A DNA stretch of 64,000 bases from Malacoraja senta. Taxonomy: Eukaryota. Where the stretch lies: contig CM075990.1 in assembly GCA_038087875.1 (NCBI GenBank), positions 13,890,001 to 13,954,000 of the forward strand. Reading direction: 5' to 3'. The notes beneath the pieces were generated by a model. It made no database searches and had not been told where the DNA came from. It worked only from the letters and a program-made list of their open reading frames with translations. The position numbers and the translations under genes were made by a program. Positions within the stretch are counted from its first letter, which is position 1; each line of letters begins with the position of its first letter. Below are positions 13,669 to 27,218 of this stretch, piece by piece.

Positions 13669-14465
13669 TCTTAGCCATTATGTGCTTTTATGCCATTCGT
13701 GAAGGTATATTTACTATAATCGTGATTTTTGCATATTTTCCTATTTCCACATTAAATAGATTTATAGATTTCTGTTGGCTATCCGGGCACATCCTGTACT
13801 GTGTTTTAACTGGGGTCTGAATACCTTTTGATAGCGACCCACAATTGCTGCTTTGAAACGACTCTTCTCTGCTTTATTAATAACAATGGCACACATTGAC
13901 TTAGCCAAGCATTTTAAGTGCACTTTGGGTTCTCTATATTTTGGTTCTAGAGGCGGCAAAGCCAATGCTTCACGCTGCTCGGATCCATGAAGCCACACCT
14001 CCCTCCTCCAGCACCTCCTCGGCAATCATCTGCAGCTGGTGTCACAATGCCAGCCTCACCACATTCCTTTTCCCCACCATTTTAAGCAAAGCTCTTACCC
14101 ACAACAACACCACAATCCCCCACCCAGCACTTCCTGTTGCACAGCTACCATCCAACATGTCTTCATCTTAACCTGGCTTCCTTCTCAGCCCCCGCCGTGC
14201 TCTCTGAGAGCATTTTGTTGTCTTTTTTCTTTCGCAGAGAACACTGTACAGACACAATGAGCCTTGGTCGATGTTCAGAACACCCACTGTGTCATACATC
14301 TATTGAGCGACAATGAGAGTATCCACCCTGCCAGTGAATATTCCAAACACAATGGGCAAAGCATGGATCGTGCTGTCCTTACCTTGTAACAAGCTGGTGG
14401 CACTTCAGCTCAAGCAGTTCTATAACTCAGAGAGCATAGATTTGAATGCAACGTACCCACTGATT

Positions 14466-14960
14466 CAATAGACAATAGACAATAGGTGCAGGAGTAGGCC
14501 ATTTGGCACTTCGAGCCAGTAATCAGTACCCCGTTCCTGCCTTCTCCCCATATCCCCTGATACTTTTTAAGAGCCCTATCTAGCTCTCTCTTGAAAGCAT
14601 CCGGAGAACCTACCTCCACCGCCCTCTGAGGCAGAGAATTCCACAGACTCACCACTCTCTGTGAGAAAAAGTGTTTCCTCGTCTCCGTTCTAAATGGCTT
14701 ACTCCTTATTCTTAAACTGTGGCCCCTGGTTCTGCACTCCCCCAACATCGGGAACCTGTTTCCTGCCTCTAGCGTATCCAAGCCCTTAATAATTGTATAT
14801 TTTTCAATGAGATCCCCTCTCATTCTTCTAAACTCCAGAGTGTACAAGCCCAGCTGCTCCATTCTCTCAGCATATCACAGTCCCGCCATCCCGGGAATTA
14901 ACCTTGTAAACCTACGCTGCACTCCCTCAATAGCAAGAATGTCCTTCCTCAAATTAGGAA
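14466..14960 (-). mobile_element. CR1/HER1-type 3' fragment
   Basis: LGLYTLEFRRMRGDLIE..GHSLRIRSKPFRTETRKHFFSQRVVSLWNSLP; (CTATTGT)n tail. Confidence 0.92.
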
Positions 14961-15078
14961 GGTCTTTCCTAATTAGGAAGATTCATGTGCTGACCAACTG
15001 TTGCACTTAAGCCAAGCCTGAAACCAGGGCACGCTTGATACTTTGGGGATTAATGGACCCTGTGTGCTTGTGGTATCA

Positions 15079-15770
15079 AGGGCCTGTCCCACTTGGCCGT
15101 CATTTGCGCCTCATTTACGCATCATATGTAAAATAGGTCGACGCGTCATGACACGTGGGGTGCGCGTGGGTGACGCACGCATTGCGCATGGTGAGGTGTG
15201 AAATCGCATGCAGTGGCGCGCGGTACCGCGCGGCGGTCCAGGATTTCGTAGTGTAACGAAATCCTCACGCGCCACCTGCGTGACGTATCGCGTACGCACG
15301 GCGACGCATTGGCTATGCACGCTGACGCATTGGCGTCGCACGTTGTATCGCGTGGTGACGCATGGTTACGTCACCATGCGTCAACGTCCGTAAACATGCG
15401 ACGCCGCGCCCCGCCCATACGCAGTCGGCCCGCCTTTTACGCGTCATGTAACCTCTAACCTCGTCCACACAGACCTCTTCCTGGGTTTCTTGCTAGCCTT
15501 TCTTGTTGTACTCCTGCCTGGCTGATCTGTAAGTATGAGGGCTGCTGCTAACAGACGTCTCTGTTGTTGCTGTAGCAATAAAATCTGTAGTTCTTCCATG
15601 ATGGTCATGATGCAGAATAGGGAAGCAGGGTATTCTAATGACGTCACGTGCACCAGATGGCTGTGCTGACGCGTGATGACGCGTGATTTGCGCGCGAAGT
15701 CGCGCGTCATGACGCGTCGACCTATTTTACATATGACGTGTAAATGAGGCGCAAATGACAGCCAAGTGGG
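15079..15770. mobile_element. PIF/Harbinger-type non-autonomous element (subfamily B, long; right tip missing)
   Basis: Left TIR agggcctgtcccacttggccgtcatttgcgcctcatttac mirrored by gtaaatgaggcgcaaatgacagccaagtggg; internal minus-strand ORF stub at 15444-15608. Confidence 0.85.
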
Positions 15771-16209
15771 GTCTAAGGACATGGAGGAATGGGAGTCGGG
15801 GCAAGGTGGCACTGCAGTTAATACCGCTACCTTGCAGCTCCTGGGACCTGGATTCAATTGTTAGCATGGAGTACTATTAATGCAGGGTTTGTGAGTTTTA
15901 CCGGTGAGTGCATGGGTTTCTCCTGAACTGGTTTAGTTCAGCACGGAAACCCTTTGGCCCACCAAGTCCATGCCAACCAGCAATCACACTAGTTCTACCC
16001 CATGCTCTCATCCACTCCGTACACACTCGGCGGAATTCACAGAGGTCATCTAACCTAAAAGACCGCACGTCTTTGGGATGTGGGATGAAACCGGAAGAAA
16101 CCTTACAGACCTCCACACACCTACACGAGCAACATCCCAAGTGAGAGTCCATCAGCCAGCTCTGTCCATTGAATAGTTCTGGGACTGGCAATATCAAGAA
16201 ATTTGTTTG

Positions 16210-16512
16210 GAATTTAGACGCACAACATGAAAGCAGGCCCTTCGGCCTACCGACTCCGTGCCAACCAACGATCACCCGTACACTGGTTCTATGTTATCCC
16301 AGTTTTGCATCCAACACACTAAATGTAATTTACAGAAGCCAATTAACCTACAATCCTGCATGTCTTTGGAATGTGGGAGGAAACCGGAGCACCCGGAGAC
16401 AACCAACACAGTCACAGGGAGAACGTACAAACTTGGTATAGACAGCACTGGTAGTCAGGATTGAACCCGGGGCTCTGGCGCTGTGAGGCAGCAACTCTAC
16501 CGCTGCGCCACC
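16210..16512 (-). mobile_element. HE1/V-SINE-like SINE, near full length
   Basis: gccaattaacctaca..ggaatgtgggaggaaaccggag..gattgaacccggggctctggcgctgtgaggcagcaactctaccgctgcgccaccgt. Confidence 0.85.
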
Positions 16513-16929
16513 GTTCCGCCCACGGGTGGGTTTCCTGTTTTTCCCCAATTAAGTCTGGGTGGTGGTGGTGGTGGTGCAGGTGGGGCATTGGGGGGGGGGG
16601 GGGGGAGTGAGCAATACATGCTGGGCATCAGGCCTCGGATACCACAGCCGCCGTGCCTGGAGGAGAACAATCAGCAGAGCTGGGGTGTGGGAGCCAGAAA
16701 GTGGGAGAAGGTGGGGATGGTCCCTGGAGCAGGAGAAGCAAGACCAGGAGACACCCCTGGAGCTTACTCCACCATTCAAGAAACTAATCTTCTACCTCAA
16801 CATCTTCCTGCCCTATTCCCTATGATTCCTCTCATATTGAGGAAGGAATGGGAGGGGACTGAGAGGGAGGATGGGCATTGAGGGCTATGGGTTAAGGGAT
16901 GGGGAACTGAGGAAGGTGGTATGGGCAAG

Positions 16930-17103
16930 ATATGTATGTGTGTATGTGGTGTGTATGCTCTCTGTACATATCCATATGGTGTGTGTGTATCCCAATGGTC
17001 ATGTGTGCTATCTGAGTATATGTACATATGGTGTGTGTGTGTGTGTGCGTGTATTGTTAACATATACATGTGTGGATGTAGAGTGTGCGTGTGCGTGTGT
17101 GTG
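16930..17103. repeat. Imperfect (TG)n/(TATG)n tract
   Basis: Direct inspection. Confidence 0.8.
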
Positions 17104-18164
17104 GTTCAAGTGTATCTATTGAGCTTAGAGTCTGATTTTCAATCATCATGGACCTATTTGTACTGGACCAGCCCCTCATCATGTGAAAGAAGGGTCTCGA
17201 CCCGAAACGTCACCTATTCCTTCGCTCCACAGACGCTGCCTCACCCACTGAGTTTCCCCAGCATTTTTGTCTACCTCTCACCATGTGAAGGTGCCCGATA
17301 GCTGGTATGTAAAATTCACAAGAAACCATGCAAAGGCATCTTCCATTTCCCTCCTGCACTGGAAACATCCTCGACCCTGAGAGACTGCCTGAGAAGAAGA
17401 AATTTGGAGAGCTGCAAAAACGAATAGGAGTTGATGGTGCACATTATTGTCTATCTCTGCACACACGTCTCCGCTGTGACTGTGTAGTGTTGTCAAAATC
17501 TCTTAAAAACAACAAGTTCCTCTCCACTGACTCATCCTCTCAACCATAATCTCCCATTTGCTGCCACGTTGGGTTTACTCTGCCATTCTTTCCTATGTGG
17601 TTGTATCATGATGAATATGTTAACTGAGTCACACTGCATCAGAAAGCAGCTGACAGCCCAGCTCCACTGAGGTGTCAGCCTCCGCTGCACAACATTAGCT
17701 GCTCCCCTTCTCCCCGTCTCAGTCACAAGCGCCCTTAGTAATTCACCACTCACTGAGTACTATCACATTCCCCCCTTTACACACTTTCATTCTCTCACTC
17801 TCACACACACACACACCAACTCACTTACTCATAAGCAGGCTCGCTTGTGCGTAAACACAAAGATATCACACCCACTCACAAACACACACATACACATACA
17901 CCCACCCACGCCCACACAGAATCACTCACCAATGCACACTCTTATATAGAACACAGAAGAGTACAGCACAAGAACAGGCCCTTCAGCCCACAGTATCTGC
18001 TGAACATTTCCCGACATATCCAAAGTCTCTTAAATGCCACTATTATATCTGCCTCCACCACCACCCCTGGCAGAGGGTCCCAGGTGCCCACCCTTTGTGT
18101 AAAAAACTTGCTCTTCACATCTTCTCTCATCTTAAACCTGTGCCCTCTTGAATTGACATATCTT

Positions 18165-18349
18165 ATGCACACATATGCATGTACACACATACACATGCAC
18201 ACATATGCACACACATACACATATGCACATACACGAACATTCGCACACACACATACGCATGTACACACACACATACACATATACACACACATACACATAT
18301 ACACACCACATACACACACACACATATATTCACACACACACACACACAC

Positions 18350-18386
<37 letters not shown>

Positions 18387-18395
18387 TGCACACGC

Positions 18396-18443
<48 letters not shown>

Positions 18444-18481
18444 ACACACACATACACATATACACACACACACACATACAA

Positions 18482-18557
<76 letters not shown>

Positions 18558-18619
18558 ATATATACATACACACACACATACACATATATACGCACACGCA
18601 CACGCACACGCGCACACAC

Positions 18620-18686
<67 letters not shown>

Positions 18687-18725
18687 AATACATACATACA
18701 CACACGCACACACACACACACACAT
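18165..18725. repeat. Compound (CA)n/(TACA)n microsatellite
   Basis: About 560 bp, direct inspection. Confidence 0.97.
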
Positions 18726-19014
18726 CTGCGGGCAACAACAGAATCATTAAACAGATAATTAAGCCTTCTTCAAATTGGGCTAACCAACCACTTCCACCCC
18801 ATTTAGACCCTTCTAACCTACCCCCATGTGACTGCTCCGTGCCAGTGTCCATGGATGTGTTCATCTGCAGCTGGGCGTGAAACTGCACACTTCCATTCCC
18901 GTCACTTTATATGGGAAGGTTCCAGTCACCCTGCAGATGGAATCCATTCCTTCATATTGGGCAGACTTTAGGTCACCTCACTTCACTTCAGGGAGGCTTG
19001 TTCCAGGTAAAATA

Positions 19015-19337
19015 TCTTAGAGGCATAGATAGGGTAGACAATCAGAACATTCTCCCCTGGATGGAAATGCCAAAGACTTGACGATGAGAGAAGCAAAGCT
19101 TAATGGAGTTTGTTTTACTCTGAGCTTGGTGGGTGCCTGGAACGCGTTGCTAGGATTGGAGGTGCAGGCAGCTCTGATAGTGCCATTTAAGAGTCTTTTA
19201 GATAGGCACTTGGATATGCGGGGAATGGAGGGATATGGATCACGTACAGGTGGAGGAGATTAGCTTAACTTGGGATCATGTTCAGCACAGACAATGTGGG
19301 CCAAAGGGCCTGTTCTCGTGCTATAGTGTTCTATGTT
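19015..19337 (+). mobile_element. CR1 3' fragment
   Basis: agaggcatagatagggtagac..ggtgggtgcctggaacgcg..ggaatggagggatatggatc..gggccaaagggcctgttc. Confidence 0.75.
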
Positions 19338-19394
19338 AAAAAAAAAATGCATTGGGTGATATCCAATATTTAGGAATATCTGCCAAATCGGAGT

Positions 19395-19640
19395 CTCACT
19401 GCAGTAATGTTGGCAGAGCTTTTCTCAGATGACATGTTAAACCCCCCACCCCATGCACTGTTTCGGGTGAGGGGAGAAAAGATTGTATATGGTGTTTCAT
19501 TGAAGCACGGGAGAATTTTTCCCCAGCATCCGAAGGCCAATATTTATCCCTGAATCAACATCACTGACACAGATGACCTGGGCATTATTACACTTGAGGA
19601 AACCTGCTGTCACGGTTTGGTGCCTGCATTTTCTCATTAA
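19395..19640 (+). mobile_element. Ancient DeuSINE-type SINE (SacSINE1-like) remnant
   Basis: ggccaatatttatccctgaatcaacatcactgacacagatgacctgggcattattacac resembles the Deu central domain as recalled; related copies elsewhere in the window. Confidence 0.6.
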
Positions 19641-20355
19641 TCCCAGTTTCTGGAAGTACTTGATAACCTTGCTACAAAATGCCTTGTAAAAAAAATCCAA
19701 TTGTGTTCCCAATCGTGAGAGCAACAGCCCATCCTGTCTGCACTGTGGTCGCGATCCTGCTCCACACTCCAATCTCTGGACAGCATCTTCATTGCAGTGA
19801 TGACAAGGCAATGCCTACAAATAGTCATGATGGAGGTTCACCAACCTGAGTCGATGGAACTCAAATCAGGTCCTGTACAGTTAGTTCTGTAAAATCGTGA
19901 TGTTAATTACGAGTTGCTCCCTAGCTCTGATCCATCGATCCTCTTTTGTCTGGCCCACCCCTGTTCCAACCAAAACTCTTCTTTCTCTTGTGAAGGAAGG
20001 AACTGCAGATGCTGGTTTACACCAAAGATAGACACAAAATGCTGGCGTAACTCAGCAGGACAGACAGCACCTCTGGAGAGAAGGAATGGGTGACGTTTCG
20101 GGTCGAGACCCTTCATTCCTTCTATTCAGAGATGCTGTCTGTCGCACTGAGCACTTCCATCTCTTATTCTACTCTTCCCTCAACCCTTGCAGATTCACCA
20201 TCAGTGAGCTTCTGTTCTCTGCATCCCTGCCCACCCCAAGCCTCCATGGCCTCCATAATGCCTCCCATTAAAGCATGACCATGGCATTAAAAAGGAGGAA
20301 CAACTTGCATTGATATGAAATAATATGAAATATTTGTCACAGCGAAACTTCCTAA

Positions 20356-20684
20356 TGGGCCTGTCCCACTTACGCGACTTTATCGGCGACTGCCGGCACC
20401 CGTCATAGGTCGTTGCAGGTCGCCGAAAATGTTCGACATGTTGAAAATCCAGCTGCGACCAGAACAAGGTACGACTCTTTGGGCGACTACTCACGACCAT
20501 ACAGGCTTCACCCCGCGACATGTCACCGGGGTGTCGCCTGCATGGTTGTGAGTAGTATCCTCAGTCACCCAAAGAGTCGTTGCGACTTTCTGGTCGCCGC
20601 TGAATTTTCAACATGTTAAAAAATGTTGGGGGACCTGCAACGACCGGCAGTCGCCGAAAAAGTCGCGTAAGTGGGACAGGCCCA
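20356..20684. mobile_element. PIF/Harbinger-type MITE (subfamily A, short)
   Basis: TIRs tgggcctgtcccacttacgcgacttt / aaagtcgcgtaagtgggacaggccca; TAA on both flanks; interior shared with 2451-2993. Confidence 0.9.
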
Positions 20685-21950
20685 TAAGGCTCATTGCAGG
20701 AGGAGTCGCCAAAGCTCTTTGGTCACCGAGGCACAGATGGAGATGTTGAGGCGGGCAGCCTAAGAGCTCAACGAAAGCAGCGTGATGAAGGTCAGAGAGG
20801 GGCACAAGTTTAGAGGGAGAATCACACATTTTGCCCCTGCCAAGACACAACATCACTGGTGGGCCAATGGAGTACGGAGGTCTTCCAGGGTTGTAGGGCC
20901 GGAGGAGTATATGGAGGACACAAGGGGGTGAAGTCCATGGTGGGAATTGAAAACAATTTGGGGGACTGACTTCCTCTAAAGGTCCCGCCATGTCCTATCA
21001 ATGCCTCATGACTCTAGAGGTGCTGAAGGGGCGAAAGCAGAGCAAATTGTTTATTTATTCCTAATAAAGGTCAGGTCAGAGGAAGTTTCAGCAAGTCTGT
21101 TTTTATCATTTGCTTAAGGCACTGTCTGCAGCAGATTACAATGCGCACTTGTCTCATCCGACTCCTTCCAGAGATAACATTCCTGCTGGCATGGGGATTA
21201 TCTGAGCCCTAGTCCGCACACCTTCACCAACAACTTCCTCTCCTCCCTAACTCCTCTCATGTGGGTCTGCAGGGAATGGATTGGAGATATGAACCATGTG
21301 CAAGCTGGCAGAGTTTAGTTTATCTTGGCATCATGTTGGCACAGACATTAAGGGCCAAAGGATCTATTCCTGTGCTGTACTGTTCTTTGTTCCCCCTTCT
21401 GCAAGGGCAGGTTTGAGCTGTTCCAGTGGTTCTACATCCAAATACCAATTTATCACATAGTCAATGCTTGCATATAATTCAATTGGACACAGCTGACCTG
21501 TAGGCCTTGTTCACTGATCTAGAAGGATCACTGGGCAGCCCATGAGAGCCCGTTTCCATTCACTGGCCTGCCTCCATGCATTGAAGCTGACTTCAGTAGA
21601 GATCTGGAGCTAGACGATGCACCAGGAGCCAGGAATGAATGAGGAGTCCCGCTACCAGGTGTTACTGCAGTGGCCGTCAATGGCTTGCAGGGCAACTGCC
21701 CACTAATCAGTACAGCCCTTGATTATTTAGGACCTGGATACATGGTGGTGGCTAAACCAGTGGGCTAGCGTGAGGGACTAGTGGGACCACAGGTGTGAGT
21801 GCCTTCACTTGTATAACATTACCCTGTCCTGCTCTGCAGATACTGCTCATCTTCCCCAACCCTACCATGGAGGCCATTGTCCACTTCTACTCATGGTGTT
21901 GCTCCTCCCCAACTGTAGACAACCTTCCCCTCCTCCATGACAAACATTCC

Positions 21951-22515
21951 TGAACTGAACTTTATTTATAAAGCACTTTAAAAACAACCACTGTTGCAAC
22001 AAAGGTGCTGTACATGGCTAATCACAAACACAAAACAAAACAATAAAAACATTAAAAGACAGTAAAAACAATTTTAAAAAACCAATAGAAACACTAAAAC
22101 AGGAACAAAGTCTCATGCAGGGTCAAAAGCCAAGGAATAGAAAAGGGTTTTAAGACTAGTTTTGAAAATGGACAGTGAAGGGGCCTGTCTAATGTGCAAA
22201 GGTAGAGTGTTCCATAATGTCGGAGCAGCAACAGAGAAGGCTCTATCCCCTCTGAGCTTCCGCTTAGACCTCGGTACCTCCAGGAGCAGCTGATCAGCTG
22301 ACCTGAGGCACCGAGCAGGAGCGTAGGGATGAAGCAGCTCAGAGAGGTAAGGCGGGGCGAGACCATTTAAAGATTTAAAAACAAATAAAAGAATCTTAAA
22401 ATGAACTCTAAAGTACACAGGCAGCCAGTGGCGGGAGGGAGGCCAGAATAGGCGTTATGTGCTCCCTCTTACGTGTCCCAGTTAAAAGGCGAGCAGCAGC
22501 ATTCTGAACCAACTG
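21951..22515 (-). mobile_element. L2 LINE 3' end, well preserved
   Basis: QLVQNAAARLL..FRVHFKILLFVFKSLNGLAPPYLSELL..LRS..GDRAFSVAAPTLWNTLP..FKTSLKT; AATAAA and (GTTCA)n tail. Confidence 0.92.
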
Positions 22516-22944
22516 GTACAGGGAGCAACTGCAGATGCTGGTTTACACCGAAGATAGACGCAAAATGCTGGAGTAACTCAGCGGGACAGGCAGCATCTCC
22601 GGAGAAAAAGGAATGGATGACATTTAGGCCGTTTCTCACTTCCTGAAGTGGAGTTCCCTCCACCTTTCCCCCCAACTACTGACACCTTCCACAATTAGTT
22701 TTATTTAAGGCTACATTTCTTGACGATGAGAGCTGAGATAAATGAGGCAGCCAGAGCCAAGATTAGTGAGCAATTCCCCTGTTATCCACCATGGTTGGCA
22801 TCTAACATCAAGGATCCGCATGTCCTCTTCTCACTGCTTCCTGGGCAGGAGATACAGAAGCCTGAAGTCCCACACAACCAGATACACCTAGCTTCCTACA
22901 ACTATCAGGTTCTGAACCAACCTGCAAAATCTTAATCCTACCTT

Positions 22945-23407
22945 CAATTCAATTCAATTCAATTCCTTTATTGTCATCTTGCAAGCACCAGTTGTACAGT
23001 GCAAAACGAAAAGACGTTTCCCAGGGAATACTGGAGCATCGCACATGAAGTTTAAAACATTTCACACATAATAACACTAAAAACAATCCAGTCCCTGATG
23101 GAACAGTATAAAGTTAAAATAGATAAAAACAACGTTAAAATACAGTAAGACCAATCATAAACATGTCCGGGGTGGCTGATTTGAGTGGCCAGTGCCAGTT
23201 ATTGAAGTGGCCAGTGCCAGTTATTATAGTGTCCGTGCCAAGCCGCAGAATCAGGTGACTGTGAGTACAGAGTGGCTGTTTAGCAGCCTCGCAGCATATG
23301 GCAGGAAGCTGTTTAGCAGTCTTGTAGTCCGGGCTTGATGCTGCGATATCTCTTGCCTGATGGCAGGAGATCCAGGTGTATGTGGAGGGGGTGCAGTTTG
23401 TCCTTGA
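22945..23407 (-). mobile_element. Rex1/Babar-type 3' end with (GAATT)n tail, nested in an older plus-strand Rex-type remnant (~22790-23735)
   Basis: Minus strand encodes a degraded LLPSGKRYRSIKARTTRLLNSFLPYAARLLN; tail appears as (ttcaa)n on the plus strand. Confidence 0.75.
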
Positions 23408-24664
23408 CAACAGAACACTAAGGAACTGATTGGGGATGATCAGCCATGATCACATTGAATGGCGGTGCTGGCTCGAAGGGCCAAATGGCCTACTCCTGCA
23501 CCTATTGTCTATTGTCTATGCATTCCTGCACCTGTTATCTATTGCACTACCATGGATTTTTAAAAAATGTTTTGCACTGATGTCTTTTCTTTAGTCTTCT
23601 TTCTTATATGAATTTTATATGTAATTTATGTATAATTTATGTTTTGAAGTGTTGTCTGGACCTATGTGCCCATGACGCTGCTGCAAGCAAGATATTCCTC
23701 ACCGCACGTGTGCATGTGACAATAAACCTGGCTTGATTCGTGCACATTGGCGCAATGAGTAGAGGCACTGCCTCACCGATCCAGCAACCTGCTTTCAATC
23801 TTAACTTCAGACGCTGTCTGTGTGGAGTTTGCAGGTTCTCCCTGTGGCCGCATTGGATCCCTCCCCCCTCCAAAAATCCAGCTTCCACCTACATTCCAAA
23901 GACGTGTGTTTGGGGTAGGTTAATTGGCTGCTGTCAATTGTGACGTGTATAGATGGAAGCTGTGAGGAGTTGGGAAAAATCACACTTTTCATTTCAGGCA
24001 AGAGTTAGTTAACACAATCACAGAAATCTGAGCACCTCTGGTGTCTATTTAGATCTTGGCCATCCTCTGTTGTCATGAGAACAACAAATGTAGCAGTTTT
24101 GATCAAAGACGTTTTAACTTGCTACAAAATACAGGAACCAAGTTCAGATTGTGGGAAGTGGAATCAGGAGTTACCCCCGACCATCTTCAATTACCCTGGG
24201 AATTAACCTTTGGGTTTTCGGCCCCTGCAAATCCAACAGAGAACTACACCAGGAGAGTAGAACATTGCAGTTTAAAAATAAAACATTAGAATGAAAAGAA
24301 ATCCGATTATACCAGGAAAAAATGGCTGATTAGATGATCTACTTAGAGCAGAGAGGAGGCCATTCAGCCCATCAAATCCTTGGCAGCCCTGAGGGGAGCA
24401 ACCCCATCTGTCCTACCCCCCCCTCTTTCTCCCCCTCTATATCTGCAACTTATTCTCTCTCACACATGGCCTTCAACTCCTCTTTGATTTTTTAGGCATT
24501 AATCTGTGTAAAGCAGTCATTCAAGGCACCAAGTCTGTTGGATGAGGGAGGAAAATGTACCACCCCGTGGAATCCCAGGCATCAGAGCATGCTAACTCCA
24601 CACAGGCAGCACCAGCAACCACAGGGTTGAAGAAGGATTTTTCAGGATTTTCCTTAAGACCCAG

Positions 24665-25135
24665 AGCCATAGAGTCAACAGCATGGAAACATGCTCTTCG
24701 ACCCAACATGCCCATGCCGACCATGATGCCCCATCTACACTAGTACCACCGGCACATCTTTGGCCCATATCCCTCTAAGCCTTTCCTATTCATGTATCTG
24801 TCCAAATGTCTTTTAAATACTTTTACAGTACCTGCCTCAACTATCTCCAATGGCAGCTCGTTCTGTATACTACCCTCCAGGTGAAAAAGTTGCCCCTCAG
24901 GTTCCTATTAAATCTTTCCCCTCTCACCCTAAACTTATGACCTTTGGTTCTTGATTTCCCGTCTCTGGGTTAAAGACCCTGTGCATTCATCCTATCTATT
25001 CCCCTCATGACAGTATCCACCTCTATAAGATCAACCCTCATCCTCCTGCCCTCCAAGGAATAAAGCAACCACCCTGCCCAACCTCTCCCTGCAGCACAGC
25101 CACTCAAGTCCTACAAAGTCTTCCCTCAAGTCCTA
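24665..25135 (-). mobile_element. CR1 3' fragment
   Basis: ggcccatatccctctaagcctttcctattcatgtatctgtcc..aaaagttgcccctcaggttcctattaaatc..cctctataagatc. Confidence 0.8.
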
Positions 25136-25440
25136 TCCAGTTTAATGAAGGGGGCACTGGTTGGGGAATGAATTGAGCTCGATAGCCCATTGAGCATTTG
25201 CCAGCTTGGGCCTGTGGGATGAGGGGGGAATCTCATAGAAACATATCATGAGAGGCCTTGCGTGAGTGGATGAGGGGAGGATGTTACCCTAGCGCGGGGA
25301 TTCTAGGAAACAGAGCGCACACCCTCAGAATTAAAGGACGTAGCTTTAGAAAGGAAACGTGAAGGAATTTTTTGAGCCAGATGGCGGTGCATCTGTGGAG
25401 TTCATTGCCCTAGATGGCTGCAGAGACTTTGACACTCTAA

Positions 25441-26003
25441 AGGGGCTGTCCCACTTGGGCGACCTAATTGGCGAGTTTAGAAGAGTTTGAAAAAATGACA
25501 TGTTGAAGACCTCCTGCGACTAAGTAAAAGACCTCCTTCGACCTCCATCGACTATGTTGAAGACCAGCTTCGACTAGCTATGCCTAGCTATGACTAACTT
25601 CGGGAAAATTGGACACCGAATAGTGGAGAGTGAAGACGACCTCCTTCGATCTCCTTCGACCTCCCTTCGACTATGATGAAGACTATCTACAACTACCTTT
25701 GACTACCCTCGATTACCTACGACTAACATGCCGACCTACTACGGCCTACTACGACTAAACCTACGAGTAAAAAAAGTATCGATTTTTTTCCATGGCGACC
25801 TTTTTTTCCTCGCAGGTATTTTTTAACATATTGAAAAGAACGCCGGGACCTAGCTGAGGCCTCGAGTACGCGGAGACCACTCTCGAACATGAAGGAGAGT
25901 TACGAAGACCTCCTACGACCTTGTGTCGACCATGCTGTGAGTATGAGTCGAGGGCAAACTCGCCAGAACTCGCGGATTAGGCCGCCCAAGTGGGACAGGC
26001 CCT
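25441..26003. mobile_element. PIF/Harbinger-type MITE (subfamily C)
   Basis: TIRs aggggctgtcccacttgggcgacctaat / attaggccgcccaagtgggacaggccct; flanks TAA/TGA; interior rich in cgact/cgacc repeats. Confidence 0.85.
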
Positions 26004-27218
26004 TGACTAATCAAGACTCTGTCTAATCAATCTACGCTTTAAAAATACCCAGATTTGGTCTCCACAGCCGGCTGTGACAAAGATTTCAGGGAGAAGGCAA
26101 GGGAATGTAGTCGAGAGGGAAAGATAGAACAGCCATATTTGAATGGTGGGGTAGACACGATGGGCCGAATGACCTAATTCTGCTCCTATGACATGAATAT
26201 ATTGACACCTTGGCTGTGCCATTGTACAATCACTTTGCAAGCTGTTTGAAATTGCTGCAAGTTGCTTCACACAAAGTATAGGGCACGCAGATATAGTTAT
26301 CCTTTGGTTAAAAGGAACGGAATTATATACCACTAAACCATTGGAGCTCAATAGAAGGGATTGGAATTATTTTCAAAGCTACTAAAAAAACATTAAAACG
26401 AGTTTAATATATCATTTCAGATGCCCCAGACTGTTTATTTTTCAATAGGCAGTCAATTATTGGTGACACTTTAATGTGCTGCAATATGTAGAGGACTTCA
26501 CCTTTAACAATAACAACTTGTAGCATTAATACAGAGATGATGGCGTTTACGTAGTCTGTGCACCATTTTTCTCAGCGCATTTTTTAACAGCCAGCATTAT
26601 TTCTGGTAACAGGTCTGGCTATCATCTTTATGCTGAAAAGCAATTAGCCTTTTCTCTAGGCAGCTGCCGCCTCCAACTTATTATTTTTGAATTTTCCTCA
26701 AAATTAATACAAAAAACTGCCGGGAGAGGTTTGTGCAAGCAACTACCACAGCAAACATTTCCCTTTACATAGCTCCGATTATGCAGCAAAACATTCCATG
26801 ATACCAAGATGCAGTACATAGAGAGGAAAGCCTTGGCCAAAGAGGAGGACATTTTGGAGATAGACACAAAATGCTGGAGTAACTCAGCGGGAGAGGCAGC
26901 ATCTCTGGAGAGAAGGAACGGGTGACATTTCGGGTTGAGACCCTTCTTCAGACTGAGAGTCAGGGGAGAGGGAGTCTAGTGTCTTACAAGAGGAGGGAAG
27001 TAGTTTAGGGAAGGAATTCCAGAGTTTTAGACCTTGTCAAAGCCTTCGAATCCAGGATAATCAGAAGGCCTGAACCGGATGAGAGAATGTATATCAGAGG
27101 GTTGAAGGTCTAGAGGAGGTGGCAGAGATAGGGTGAGATGATACCATTGGGGAATTTAAAGATCAAGGTTGCCAGAGTTACTGTCAGAGAAATAGTCGAC
27201 TGGGACCCAATATTTGTC

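Noticed and set aside
14383..14419. Possible 37-nt minus-strand exon with strong AAG|GTAAGG donor (ELLELKCHQLVT)
   Set aside because: Weak acceptor, and the open frame needs a phase-1 entry, which does not match the upstream phase-2 donors.
17847..18888. ORFs up to 303 aa
   Set aside because: Microsatellite artefact plus a CR1 remnant.
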